Below, piece by piece: positions 16,668-25,931 of a stretch of 64,000 nucleotides of DNA. How positions within the stretch are numbered: the stretch's first letter is position 1; each line of letters starts with the position of its first letter. The notes below the pieces were generated by a model. It worked only from the letters and a program-made list of their open reading frames with translations, was not told the DNA's origin and searched no databases. This DNA is from Thermoleophilaceae bacterium (GTDB taxonomy: Bacteria > Actinomycetota > Thermoleophilia > Solirubrobacterales > Thermoleophilaceae). A program made the position numbers and the translations under genes. The stretch lies in contig JACVRW010000004.1 of NCBI GenBank assembly GCA_014534235.1, forward strand, positions 2,137-66,136, in the 5' to 3' direction.

Positions 16668-17264
16668 TCAGGGGGTGCGGAAGGCGTTCGCGTAGAGCTC
16701 GGCGAGCTCCGGGCCGGCGAGCACCCCGACCAGCCCACCGAGTGCGAGGAAGACGCCGAACGGCAGACCCCGCTTGCGCGCGGCCGCACCGTCGCGGAGC
16801 ATCAGGCAGGCGCCCGCCAGCGTGCCGCTCACGAACGCCACGATGAGGGCCGGCACGACCGCGACGCCGAGATATAGGCCCATCGCTCCGGCGAGCTTCG
16901 CGTCGCCCATCCCCATCCCCGCCGGGTATGCGAGCGCGGGCGCGAAGAGCACGGCGAACGCCCCGGCGCCGGCGACCAGGCGCTCGGCCAGCTGGCCCTG
17001 CTCCACGAGGAGGATGGCGACGATCCCCCAGGCGGCGAGCGGACAGACGATCCGGTTCGGAAGCAGCCTGCGCTCCAGGTCGATCGCCGCCACGACGACC
17101 AGGGCGGCGACGAACGGCAGTTCGAGCAGGACCCTCGCGTCGAGGCCGCGCACTGCCACCACGGACGCCGCGGCGCAGCCCGCGACGAGCCCGACGGCGA
17201 CGCGGGGCGGCGAAATGCGGCCACCACGCGCGGGCGTCGACCGGCTGTCCCCTACTGTGGCCAT
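16668..17264 (-). CDS. A24-family prepilin peptidase-like membrane protein
   Basis: 198 aa, polytopic, with motifs LPNRIV and GMGMGDAKLAGAMGLYLG. It lacks the N-terminal methyltransferase/zinc region. Confidence 0.75.
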   Translation of the reverse strand: MATVGDSRSTPARGGRISPPRVAVGLVAGCAAASVVAVRGLDARVLLELPFVAALVVVAAIDLERRLLPNRIVCPLAAWGIVAILLVEQGQLAERLVAGAGAFAVLFAPALAYPAGMGMGDAKLAGAMGLYLGVAVVPALIVAFVSGTLAGACLMLRDGAAARKRGLPFGVFLALGGLVGVLAGPELAELYANAFRTP

Positions 17265-17316
17265 CGCTCAGGGAAGCCGGTCGGCGACCTCCCCACGCCC
17301 CCCTAGCATCAGCGTT

Positions 17317-17745
17317 GTGCACCTGCGCCGCGCGCTCCTGCTGTTCGCGATCGTCCTCGGCCTTGCAGCGATTGCGGCGTCGCTGTCGCGTCCCAACGAG
17401 GCCGAGCGCGACGCCGCGCCGGTCAGGCCCCCGGCGGCCCGGGAGCCCACGGTGTCACCGGGCACCGCCGGGCAGCCACCCGTGACGCTCCGCTTCCATG
17501 CCGACCGGGACCAGACCCGCCGGCTCGAGATCGGCCGCGCCGCCACACTCGAGGTCGCGGTGGACGAGCCCGGTCAAGTCGAGATACCGCTCCTCGGGTT
17601 GGCCGCCGCCGCCACCCCACTCACGCCGGCCCGCTTCGACGTCCTGCCCCCCGAGGTCCGGCGGTATCCAATCGAGTTCACGCCCGCCGGCAGCGACAAC
17701 AGCCGCCCAGCCGGCACGCTCGACGTAATCACCCCGGAGCGGTGA
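17317..17745 (+). CDS. Hypothetical N-terminally membrane-anchored protein
   Basis: Last 142 aa of ORF 16774..17745, from GTG 17317 (VHLRRALLLFAIVLGLAAIAASL..). One TM helix followed by a Pro-rich linker and a beta-rich domain. GTGA overlap with the next gene. Confidence 0.5.
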   Translation: MHLRRALLLFAIVLGLAAIAASLSRPNEAERDAAPVRPPAAREPTVSPGTAGQPPVTLRFHADRDQTRRLEIGRAATLEVAVDEPGQVEIPLLGLAAAATPLTPARFDVLPPEVRRYPIEFTPAGSDNSRPAGTLDVITPER

Positions 17746-18158
17746 GCCGCATCCTGAGCGCGCTGGCGGCGACCTTCTGCGTGGTCGGGTGCGCAGCCGA
17801 GCGGGAGCCCGCGGTCGAGGATGCGCCCGAACGCGCCACGCCGCCGGGCGGCGAGACCCGGCCTCCGCCCCTCCGCCGCGCGCGCTGCCCGAGCGAGCTC
17901 TCGAACTGCCGCGAGGCCAGCGGAACCATCGTCTACGTCGAGCGCGTCGACCCCGACGGCGACGGCGACGCCCATTTCGTGCTCCTCGGCGACCCGGGCA
18001 TCACCGCCCCGGGAATCACCGTCGTGGACGTGAAGAGATCGCTTCGCCCCTCGCCGCTGCCGGGGCCGGGCGACCGTCTGAGCGCGGCCGGCGCCGTCTA
18101 CGAGGGCAGCTACGGCCAGCGCCAGATCCAGGCGATCGAGCTTCACGTGGCCCGATGA
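17742..18158 (+). CDS. Hypothetical lipoprotein
   Basis: 138 aa. Signal peptide with lipobox (LAATFCVVGC). ATGA overlap with the next gene. Confidence 0.55.
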   Translation: MSRILSALAATFCVVGCAAEREPAVEDAPERATPPGGETRPPPLRRARCPSELSNCREASGTIVYVERVDPDGDGDAHFVLLGDPGITAPGITVVDVKRSLRPSPLPGPGDRLSAAGAVYEGSYGQRQIQAIELHVAR

Positions 18159-18796
18159 CTGGAGGCGTCGTGGGCATCGACGTGGGCGCCCGAACGCTTC
18201 ACTGCGCCCGGCTGGACGCTGGCGGCGCGGTCCTGAATCGAGCGGTCCTGCGGGCCGAAGATCTCGACGCGTTGACGCGCTGGTGCGCCGGAGCGGCGGC
18301 GGTGGCGATCGATGCCCCGGAGGCGGCGAGCACGGCGCCGCACTCGAACGACGCGGGGCTCGCCCCGAAGTTCCGCAACGCGCGGTGCGCCGAGATAGAT
18401 CTCGGCCGCCGCCACCGGTCCTGGGTCTCGTGGGTCGCTCCAAGCGGGCCCCCGTTCCCCGCATGGATGGAGACCGGCTTTCGTGCCTTCGCGGCCCTGC
18501 GCGCCAGGGGCCGCAGCCAGCTGCTCGAGGTCTACCCCCACGCCTGCTTTCGCGAGCTCGCCGGCGGTCGACGCCTCGCGAGGAAGCAGACCGCGGCAGG
18601 ACGCCACGCGCGCACGGAGCTCCTGGCCGGCGCGGGGGTCCGCCTCGACGGGCTCGGGGCGCTCTCGCACGACGATCTCGACGCGCTCGTCGCGGCGCTG
18701 ACCGCGCTGGACGCGGTCCGCGGCGGCGCCCGCCGCGTCACCTGTGGTCACGACGGCTCGGCCATCTGGCTGCCGGGGCGGCGCTCGACGAGCTGA
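18155..18796 (+). CDS. DUF429-like protein (predicted RNase H-fold nuclease)
   Basis: Last 213 aa of ORF 17789..18796, from ATG 18155 (MTGGVVGIDVGARTLHCARLD.. AIDAPE.. EVYPHACF.. HDDLDALVAALTA). This pattern is typical of DUF429. Confidence 0.6.
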   Translation: MTGGVVGIDVGARTLHCARLDAGGAVLNRAVLRAEDLDALTRWCAGAAAVAIDAPEAASTAPHSNDAGLAPKFRNARCAEIDLGRRHRSWVSWVAPSGPPFPAWMETGFRAFAALRARGRSQLLEVYPHACFRELAGGRRLARKQTAAGRHARTELLAGAGVRLDGLGALSHDDLDALVAALTALDAVRGGARRVTCGHDGSAIWLPGRRSTS

Positions 18797-19260
18797 ATCG
18801 CGCCCGCGTGGGCCAGCAGCATCGTCAGGCCGTGGCGCGGATCCCGGGGCGAGCGGCGCTGCTCCCGCAGGACGACGGCGGACACCGGGCGGCCCGCGTC
18901 GAGCTCCTGCGCAAGCTCCTCGGCGAGGTCGCGCGGCACCCAGCCGACCTGGTCGCCGCCGGCGGCGTGGACCGCGATCGCGTTGGGGTCGTGGGCGTTC
19001 TCCGGCTGTCGCCGCAGCTCGAGGCGTCGCCCGGGCCCGACGTCCTCCGACTCGAGAGCGGCGGTGTGATGCTGCCCAGCCCCGGCCACGCCGGCCACGC
19101 GCAACCCGCACGCGGCGAGCGCGGGGGCGTCTCGGGGGAGGAACCGCCCGAACTCCCGATCGACGATCGAGTAGCCGGCGAGCCAGACGACACCGCCGTC
19201 GTCCGGGTACCAGTAGCGCTCCTCGTAAACGACGTCGACACGAACCCCTGCGGACTCCAC
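18748..19260 (-). CDS. HIRAN-domain protein
   Basis: Last 170 aa of ORF 18748..19968, from GTG 19260. HIRAN core: LELRRQPENAHDPNAIAVHAAGGDQVGWVPRDLAEELAQEL. Confidence 0.7.
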   Translation of the reverse strand: MESAGVRVDVVYEERYWYPDDGGVVWLAGYSIVDREFGRFLPRDAPALAACGLRVAGVAGAGQHHTAALESEDVGPGRRLELRRQPENAHDPNAIAVHAAGGDQVGWVPRDLAEELAQELDAGRPVSAVVLREQRRSPRDPRHGLTMLLAHAGAIQLVERRPGSQMAEPS

Positions 19261-19271
19261 CGGCCCGGAGA

Positions 19272-20057
19272 CTACGGAGCGATGACGGCCTTGCGCATGA
19301 CCTCGAGTGGCGCCGGCCGGCCCGTCCAGAGCTCGAGGCTGCGCGCGCCCTGGCGGACTAGGATCTCCAGGCCGTCGACCACGCGCGCCCGGCGCGCCGA
19401 GGCCCACCGCGACAGCGGAGTGGGACCGCTCCCGTAGACGAGCTCGACCAACACCGTCGGCGCCTCGACGCCGGCCAGCCCCAGGGCGCGGGCGGCGTCT
19501 TCGGGTTGCTCGGCGCCGGCCAGCCCCACGGAGGTCGCGTTGACCACGAGCTCCGAGGGCTCCGGATCCCGGACGTGTCGGATGACGAGCTCGGACGCCA
19601 ACGCCGCCGCGCGCTCCGCCGTGCGGTTCCACACCGCGACCCGCGCGCCCGCCTCGCGCAGCGCCCACGCCGCGGCCCGGCCGGCGCCGCCCGCACCCAG
19701 CACCAAGGCGGTGCTCGGCACCGGTTCGCCGAGCGCGTCGAGGAGCCCGCCGGCGTCCGTGTTGTCGGCGAGGATCCGCCCATTCTCGAATACGAGCGTG
19801 TTCGCGGCGCCGATTGCCTCGGCTGCGTCGGTCAGCTCGTCGGCGATGGCGCTTGCCGCGATCTTGTGGGGAATCGTCACGTTCGCGCCCCGGTACCGCG
19901 AGCCAGGCAGCGCGCGAGCGGTCTCTGCGAACCGCTCCGGCGGCACCGGCAGCTTGAGGTACCGCCACCGGAGGCCGAGCTCAGCGAACGCGGCGTTCAT
20001 CATCGCCGGCGAGCGGCTGTGCGCCACCGGGTAGCCGAGGACGCCGGCGAACATCAC
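19272..20057 (-). CDS. aroE: Shikimate dehydrogenase
   Basis: 261 aa. Motifs LGYPVAHSRSPAMMNAAF, NVTIPHK, LGAGGAGRAAAWAL. Confidence 0.9.
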   Translation of the reverse strand: MMFAGVLGYPVAHSRSPAMMNAAFAELGLRWRYLKLPVPPERFAETARALPGSRYRGANVTIPHKIAASAIADELTDAAEAIGAANTLVFENGRILADNTDAGGLLDALGEPVPSTALVLGAGGAGRAAAWALREAGARVAVWNRTAERAAALASELVIRHVRDPEPSELVVNATSVGLAGAEQPEDAARALGLAGVEAPTVLVELVYGSGPTPLSRWASARRARVVDGLEILVRQGARSLELWTGRPAPLEVMRKAVIAP

Positions 20058-20060
20058 GCG

Positions 20061-21305
20061 CTAGCAGTCCGTCGGTGACCTGCCGCCGCGCCTCTCTCGC
20101 GCCGCGTTGTAGCGAGCGACATCTTCCTCGAACTGGGCGTTTGTCGAGGAGAAGGCATGCTCGCCGCACGTGCCGGGCTTGACCACGTAGAAGAGATAGT
20201 CGGTCCTGGCGGGTCGGGCCGCGGCCTCGATCGAGGCGAGCCCCGGGTTGCCGATCGGCCCGGGCGGGAGCCCGGGGTTCCGCCGCGTGTTGTATGGGCT
20301 GGGGCTCGCGAGCTCGGATTGCTCGAGCGGCTCGTCCCACTGGTTCAGGGCGAAGCGGATGGTGGCGTCGATCCCGAGCGGGATGCCCTGCCGCAGCCGG
20401 TTGTAGATGACGGAGGCCACGAGGCGGCGCTCGCGGGGAACCTGCGCCTCGCGCTCCACCATCGAGGCGATGATGAGCACCTCGTACGGCGTGAGGTTCG
20501 TCCTGCGCGCGTAGCTCAGGTCCACGCTCTCGAAGTTCCGCTCGAAGGCCTCGAGCTGACGCTCGACCAGCGCGCTCACCGGCTGTCCCTTCTTCAGCTC
20601 GTAGGTGGCCGGAAAGAGGAAGCCCTCGAGGGTCCTGTCGCCGGGCGCCCGGTAGTCGCGTGGATCAAGCGCCGGCGAGCGGCGCGTGGCCCTCATATAG
20701 TCGCCCTCCAGCTCGCGCACAAGCGGGGCGATCTCGCGGCGCGAGCGTCCCTCGGGCACCGTCACCACCACTACGTTCGGTGGCACGCCTCGCTCGAGCC
20801 GGTCGAGCACGGCGGCGTAGCTCATGTTCTCCCGAAGGCGATATGAACCGGGCTTGAGGTCGCCGCTGCGCCCCTCGATCCGCGCGCGGAGCTCGAAGAA
20901 CCCCGCGCTCGCGATCACGCGATCTCGGTCCAGCAGCTGGGCGATCTCGCCGAGCGTCGAGCCTCGCGGTATCCGCACCCGCAGTCCGTCCCCCTCGCGG
21001 TCGCCGTGAAACGGCTGGAAGAGGGAGAGCAGGAACCAGGCGGCCGCCGCCAGCGCGGCGATGCCGGCGACCGCCGCGATGATGCGGCCCCAGCGCGGCC
21101 GGCGTCCCCCGCGGGCCTGCGCTTCGTCGGCACCGCGGCCGGCCGCGGTGGCACCTGCGGACGGCAGGCCGTCCGCGCCCGCGAGAGCGCCGCCGGGGGA
21201 TTCTCCCCGCTGCCGCGTGACGCGACGGGCCGCGCGCTCCCTGCGCGCCGCGTCACGCTCCTCCGGGCTTCGTCCACCCGGGACGGGCGGCGGTCCGTGG
21301 CTCAC
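20061..21305 (-). CDS. mltG: Endolytic murein transglycosylase MltG (YceG-like)
   Basis: 414 aa. Basic N-tail, one TM helix and a YceG domain (IIASMVEREAQVPRERRLVASVIYNRL). Confidence 0.9.
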   Translation of the reverse strand: MSHGPPPVPGGRSPEERDAARRERAARRVTRQRGESPGGALAGADGLPSAGATAAGRGADEAQARGGRRPRWGRIIAAVAGIAALAAAAWFLLSLFQPFHGDREGDGLRVRIPRGSTLGEIAQLLDRDRVIASAGFFELRARIEGRSGDLKPGSYRLRENMSYAAVLDRLERGVPPNVVVVTVPEGRSRREIAPLVRELEGDYMRATRRSPALDPRDYRAPGDRTLEGFLFPATYELKKGQPVSALVERQLEAFERNFESVDLSYARRTNLTPYEVLIIASMVEREAQVPRERRLVASVIYNRLRQGIPLGIDATIRFALNQWDEPLEQSELASPSPYNTRRNPGLPPGPIGNPGLASIEAAARPARTDYLFYVVKPGTCGEHAFSSTNAQFEEDVARYNAARERRGGRSPTDC

Positions 21306-21691
21306 CGGCGGGAACCGGCCAGGTAGCTCTCGAGCAGGTGCGCGGCCGCGCGAGAATCGGCGTCGGTATCCCCCCCGGTGCGTTCGGCGAGCCTCGTCGT
21401 GAGGCGCTCGTCGTGGAGCTCCACCGGGACCGAGACTCTCCGTCCGAGCCGTTCCGCAAACGTCCGCGCTCGCTCCGCCTGCTCCCCCTCCTCACCTCTC
21501 AAGGTCAGCGGGAGACCTACGACCACGCGCTCGACCTCGTGCTCGTCGACGAGGCGGGCTATGGCCGCCACACCGTCCCGCGTGTCGGGTCGCTCGATCG
21601 CGCGAAGCGGCGTGGCGAGTGTGCCCGACGGGTCGGACACCGCGCACCCGCAGCGGGCGGCGCCGTGATCGAGGGCGAGTACGCGGGGCAT
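21302..21691 (-). CDS. ruvX: Holliday-junction resolvase-like nuclease RuvX (YqgF)
   Basis: 129 aa. MPRVLALDHGAARCGCAVSD... It sits between alaS and mltG, as in many Gram-positives. Confidence 0.9.
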   Translation of the reverse strand: MPRVLALDHGAARCGCAVSDPSGTLATPLRAIERPDTRDGVAAIARLVDEHEVERVVVGLPLTLRGEEGEQAERARTFAERLGRRVSVPVELHDERLTTRLAERTGGDTDADSRAAAHLLESYLAGSRR

Positions 21692-21705
21692 CCCAGGGCG
21701 CGGAG

Positions 21706-24345
21706 CTAGCCGAGCGCCTTCTCGATCTCGAGCCGAGCCGTGGCGAGCGCGTCGGGCAGCCTGTCCGGATCGCGGCCGCCGGCCTGCGCCATGGTATCGC
21801 GCCCTCCGCCCCCACCGCCGGCGGCCTTGGCCGCGACCCGCACGACCTCACCGGCCTTGACGCCGCGCTCGACCACCGAGGGCGCAACGTTCGCGACGAG
21901 ATGGACGCGGCCGTCCACCGCGCAGCCGAGCACCACGGCCGCGTCGCCAAGCCGCTGACGCACGGCGTCGGAGAGCTCGAGCAGCGCCTTGGCGTTCGGG
22001 GCGTCCACCGCCTCGACCACCACCTTCGCCCCGGCCAGCTCGTCGGCGCCCGCCACGAGGCGGTCGGCCGTTCCCCGATCGGGTCCGCCCGCCGGCTGCC
22101 GCTGGAGCTCCTTGACCCGCTCGTTCAGCCGTGCGACAGCGCGCACGACCTCGTGGTCGGGAACGCGCAGCATCGCCGCAATCTCCTGAAGTTGCCTGTT
22201 CCGGTCCCGGAACAGCTCCGCGCCCGCCGGCCCGGTGACCGCCTCCACCCGGCGCACGTTGGAGGCGCTCGACGTCTCGCTCGTCAGGTGGAATAGCCCG
22301 ATCTCCGAGGTGGCCCCCACGTGCGTGCCGCCGCAGAGCTCGCGCGAGACGTTCTCGATCTCGACCATCCGCACCCAGTCGCCGTACTTCTCTCCGAAGA
22401 GCGCCAAGGCCCCGAGCGCCTCGGCCTCCTGGCGGGTCGTTTCGATCGCGCGGACGGCGTGGTTCGCCGCGATCGACCCTCCGACCATGCCCTCGATGTC
22501 CGCCAGCTCGTCGTCGCTCAACCGCTGCCCGTGGGTGAAGTCGAAGCGCAGCTTGTCGGGGCCGACGTAGGAGCCCGCCTGGCGCACGTGGGTCCCGAGC
22601 CGCCCGCGGAGAGCTGCGTGAAGCAGATGGGTCGCGGTGTGGTTGCGCATGGTGGCGAGGCGGGTGGCCCGCTCGACCATCGCCCGGGCCTCCTCGCCGG
22701 CGCCGAGCTCGCCCTCCAGCGGCTCGAGCGCGAGCGCCTGGTCGTCCCCCAGGCGGTAGACGTCAACGACCCGCGCACGGCCCGACGGCGTCTCGACGAA
22801 ACCGGAGTCGGAGACCTGGCCGCCCCCTTCCGGATAGAAGGGGCTCTCCTCGAGCTTGGCGAGCATCCAGCCGTTCGCATGCTGGGCGACCGCGAGCACG
22901 GTGTCGGCGTCGGTGGTCTCGTAGCCGACGAAGCGGGTCCTGAAGCCGGCCTCCCTGGCGAAGCCGAGCACGACCTCGTGATCGACGTGGATCTCCGCGC
23001 CCGCCTCGGCACGCGCACGCGTGCGGGAGCTGCCGGCGCGGGACACCTCGCGCGCCCGCTCCATCAGCTCCTCGAAGCCATGGTCGTCGACCGAGAGCCC
23101 CTCCTCGGCGAGCAGCTCCTTCGTCATCTCATAGGGAAAGCCGTAGGTGTCGTGGAGCCGGAAGGCGTCGTCCGCGGGGACCCAGGAAGTGTTCTCCTCG
23201 CGCGCGCGAGCGACGAGGTCGGCGAGGAGCCGCTGCCCCTGCTCCAGCGTGCGGCCGAAGCTTTCCTCCTCCGCGCGCGCCCAGCGCTCGATCGTGGGCC
23301 ACTCTCGCCTCAGCTCCGGATAGGCGTCCGCCATGACCTCGACGACCCGCTCGTAGAGCCGCGGCAGGAAAGCCTCCTCGAGGCCGAGCACGTGGCCCTG
23401 CTGCATCGTGCGTCGCATGATCCGGCGCAGGATGTAGCCGCGGTCCTCATTAGAGGGCACGACCCCGTCGCCGAGCAGGAACGTCGCGGCGCGGCCGTGG
23501 TCGGCCAGGATCCGAAGGGCGCGCGTGGTAGGGAAGTCCTGCCGGTAGCGCCGGCCGCTCAGGTCCTCCCCGAGCTCGACGATCGGGCGGAAGCTGTCGG
23601 TCTCGAACACCGAGTCGACGTCCTGGAGGATCGCCGCCATACGCTCGAGGCCGAGGCCGGTGTCGATGTTCTGTGCGGGGAGCTCCGGGAGCGAGCCGTC
23701 GGCCCGTAGCTCGTACTGCATGAATACGAGGTTCCAGTACTCGAGGAAGCGCTCGGTGTCGTCGCCCGGCCGGTCGCTGTCTGGGCCGAACTCGGGGCCC
23801 CGGTCGAGGTAGAGCTCGGAGCAGGGCCCGCAGGGCCCGGTGGGACCGGACTGCCAGAAGTTGTCGTCGCGCCCCAGCCGCACGATCCGCTCGTCGGGGA
23901 TCCCGACCGCGCGCCACCACTCGATGGCCTCCTCGTCCGGCCCCAGTCCGAGCTCGTCGTCGCCGCCGAAGACGCTGATCCAGATGCGGTCGTCGTCGAA
24001 CCCGAAGCCCTCCGTCGACAGCTCCAGCGCGAAGCCCACCGCCTTCTGCTTGAAGTAGTCGCCGATCGAGAAGTTCCCGAGCATCTCGAAGAAAGTGAGG
24101 TGCCTGTGGGTCATCCCCACGTTCTCGATGTCCGTGGTCCGAAAGCACTTCTGGCAGCTCGTCAGCCGCCTGGACGGCGGCTCCTCCTCCCCCTGGAAGT
24201 ACGGCTTGAACGGCTGCATGCCCGCCGTCGTCAGCAGCACGGACGGGTCATAGACCGACGGAACCAGCGACGCCGACGGCATCCGCCGATGCTCCCGCTC
24301 CTCGAAGAACGAGAGGAAGCGCTCCCGAATCTCGGCGGCTTGCAT
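21706..24345 (-). CDS. alaS: Alanine--tRNA ligase
   Basis: 879 aa. Class II core (FTTAGMQPFKPYF-type: LLTTAGMQPFKPYFQG), editing-domain HxxxH (MRNHTATHLLH) and C-terminal DHHA1 (GGGGGGRDTMAQAGG). Confidence 0.97.
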   Translation of the reverse strand: MQAAEIRERFLSFFEEREHRRMPSASLVPSVYDPSVLLTTAGMQPFKPYFQGEEEPPSRRLTSCQKCFRTTDIENVGMTHRHLTFFEMLGNFSIGDYFKQKAVGFALELSTEGFGFDDDRIWISVFGGDDELGLGPDEEAIEWWRAVGIPDERIVRLGRDDNFWQSGPTGPCGPCSELYLDRGPEFGPDSDRPGDDTERFLEYWNLVFMQYELRADGSLPELPAQNIDTGLGLERMAAILQDVDSVFETDSFRPIVELGEDLSGRRYRQDFPTTRALRILADHGRAATFLLGDGVVPSNEDRGYILRRIMRRTMQQGHVLGLEEAFLPRLYERVVEVMADAYPELRREWPTIERWARAEEESFGRTLEQGQRLLADLVARAREENTSWVPADDAFRLHDTYGFPYEMTKELLAEEGLSVDDHGFEELMERAREVSRAGSSRTRARAEAGAEIHVDHEVVLGFAREAGFRTRFVGYETTDADTVLAVAQHANGWMLAKLEESPFYPEGGGQVSDSGFVETPSGRARVVDVYRLGDDQALALEPLEGELGAGEEARAMVERATRLATMRNHTATHLLHAALRGRLGTHVRQAGSYVGPDKLRFDFTHGQRLSDDELADIEGMVGGSIAANHAVRAIETTRQEAEALGALALFGEKYGDWVRMVEIENVSRELCGGTHVGATSEIGLFHLTSETSSASNVRRVEAVTGPAGAELFRDRNRQLQEIAAMLRVPDHEVVRAVARLNERVKELQRQPAGGPDRGTADRLVAGADELAGAKVVVEAVDAPNAKALLELSDAVRQRLGDAAVVLGCAVDGRVHLVANVAPSVVERGVKAGEVVRVAAKAAGGGGGGRDTMAQAGGRDPDRLPDALATARLEIEKALG

Positions 24346-24551
24346 GGCTCTGGGAGTCTAGGAGGCCGGGGCCGGCCGGTTCGGCTTCGACACCGGCGCG
24401 CGAGGAGGAACGGGCGCCGCCCGCGCCACCGGTGCAGCTCCGCCCACTTGGGGGGGCAACCCTGCGCCCGGAATGGAGCTTTCCCCGTTCGGTGTTGTGC
24501 ATTGCGAGCGCGAACCACAGAAACCGCCGGAAAACACGGACGATCTTCTCG

Positions 24552-25931
24552 ATGGCCCAAGCCGAGCGAATGGTCGGTGAGGCGCGCATGCGCCGGCGGC
24601 GCGCCTTGCCGAGGCGTGAGGCCATCGTCCGCGGCATCTCGGGTGCCGCTTTCGTCCTCGTTGCGGCGATCGTAGCGGCGGCCTTGCCCTCGGAGCGCGC
24701 GAACGACACGCTCCTGGTCTTCGGCCTGATCGCGGGGTACGCACTGGTCTCCCGCGTTCGGTTCGAGTTCGGAGACGGCTACGTCGTTCCCGAGCAGCTC
24801 GTCTTCGTTCCGATGCTTGCCTTGGCCCCTCTGCCGCTTGTGCCGGCGATGGTCGCGGCCGGTGCCGTGATCGCGCTGGTCCCCGACTTCATACGGCGTA
24901 CCTGGCACTGGGACCGCACGATCACGACACTCGGTGATTGCTGGTTCGCCGTCGGCCCGGTGCTCCTTCTGGCTGCGCTCGCACCGGAGGAGGCGAGCCT
25001 CGCCGTCGCAGAGATATACGTCGTCGCGTTTCTTGCCCAGCTGGGCGGCGACCTGGCGTGGACCCTTGTTCGCAATGAGCTCGTCGACCGCGTTCCCCTC
25101 GCTGAGATGTTCAGCTACTTCGCAGGCTGCGCCCGCGTTGACGCGATCCTTTCGCCGATCGCGTTTCTCGTCTCGCTCGGCGCCGCATCGGCGCCGATCG
25201 CCCTGATCGCGCTCGGGCCGCTGGTCTGGCTGCTCGAGATCTTCTCGCGAGACCGCCGCGAGCGCTACGCGGCGGCCTTGGAGCTGAACCGCGCGTATCG
25301 CGGCACCGTCATGCTGCTTTCGGACGTCCTCGAATTCGAGGACGAGTACACGGCTCGACACTCGCGCTCGGTCGTCGACCTGGTGGACGCCGTGGCAAAT
25401 GAACTCGGCGTCGACCGGGACAGTAGGCAGGAGCTTGAGTTTGCCGCCATGCTGCATGACGTCGGGAAGATCTCGATTCCCAAGGAGCTACTGCGCAAGT
25501 CCTCGCGGCTCACAGCCAAAGAGGTCGAGGTCATCAAGTCGCACACGGTCGAGGGCCAGTTCATCCTCGACCGCATCGGTGGTGTGCTCGCACGGGTGGG
25601 CGAGATCGTCCGCTCATGCCACGAGCGCTGGGACGGTAGCGGGTACCCCGACGGGCTGGCCGGTGAGGACATCCCGCTTGCCTCGCGCATCGTGTTCGCG
25701 TGCGACGCGTACAACGCGATGACGAGTGATCGCCCGTACCGCAAGGCGCTCGACCGCGATAGTGCGCTCGCAGAGCTCCGTGCCAACGCTGGTACGCAGT
25801 TCGACCCGCGCGTCGCGGCGGCCGTGGTCCAGGTGGTGCAACGCGGCGAGCCCGTCGCCGCCGCCACCGACGACGTCCGCGCGGTGCTCGTCAATTCTCA
25901 GATCGCGCGGGGCGCGACCTCGGCGACGTAG
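24552..25931 (+). CDS. Membrane-anchored HD-GYP domain protein (putative c-di-GMP phosphodiesterase)
   Basis: ORF 24432..25931. I prefer the ATG at 24552. Several N-terminal TM helices, then HD (AAMLHDVGK) and CHERWDGSGYPDG motifs. Confidence 0.85.
   Translation: MAQAERMVGEARMRRRRALPRREAIVRGISGAAFVLVAAIVAAALPSERANDTLLVFGLIAGYALVSRVRFEFGDGYVVPEQLVFVPMLALAPLPLVPAMVAAGAVIALVPDFIRRTWHWDRTITTLGDCWFAVGPVLLLAALAPEEASLAVAEIYVVAFLAQLGGDLAWTLVRNELVDRVPLAEMFSYFAGCARVDAILSPIAFLVSLGAASAPIALIALGPLVWLLEIFSRDRRERYAAALELNRAYRGTVMLLSDVLEFEDEYTARHSRSVVDLVDAVANELGVDRDSRQELEFAAMLHDVGKISIPKELLRKSSRLTAKEVEVIKSHTVEGQFILDRIGGVLARVGEIVRSCHERWDGSGYPDGLAGEDIPLASRIVFACDAYNAMTSDRPYRKALDRDSALAELRANAGTQFDPRVAAAVVQVVQRGEPVAAATDDVRAVLVNSQIARGATSAT

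Noticed and set aside
13933-17322. 1129-aa ORF in the track spanning the aroKB, aroC and prepilin-peptidase regions
   Set aside because: Only the C-terminal 516 aa (from GTG 15483) look like real protein. The N-terminal ~600 aa are Arg/Pro/Gly-rich low-complexity sequence, read out of frame across aroC and the peptidase gene. This is typical of open alternative frames in very GC-rich DNA.
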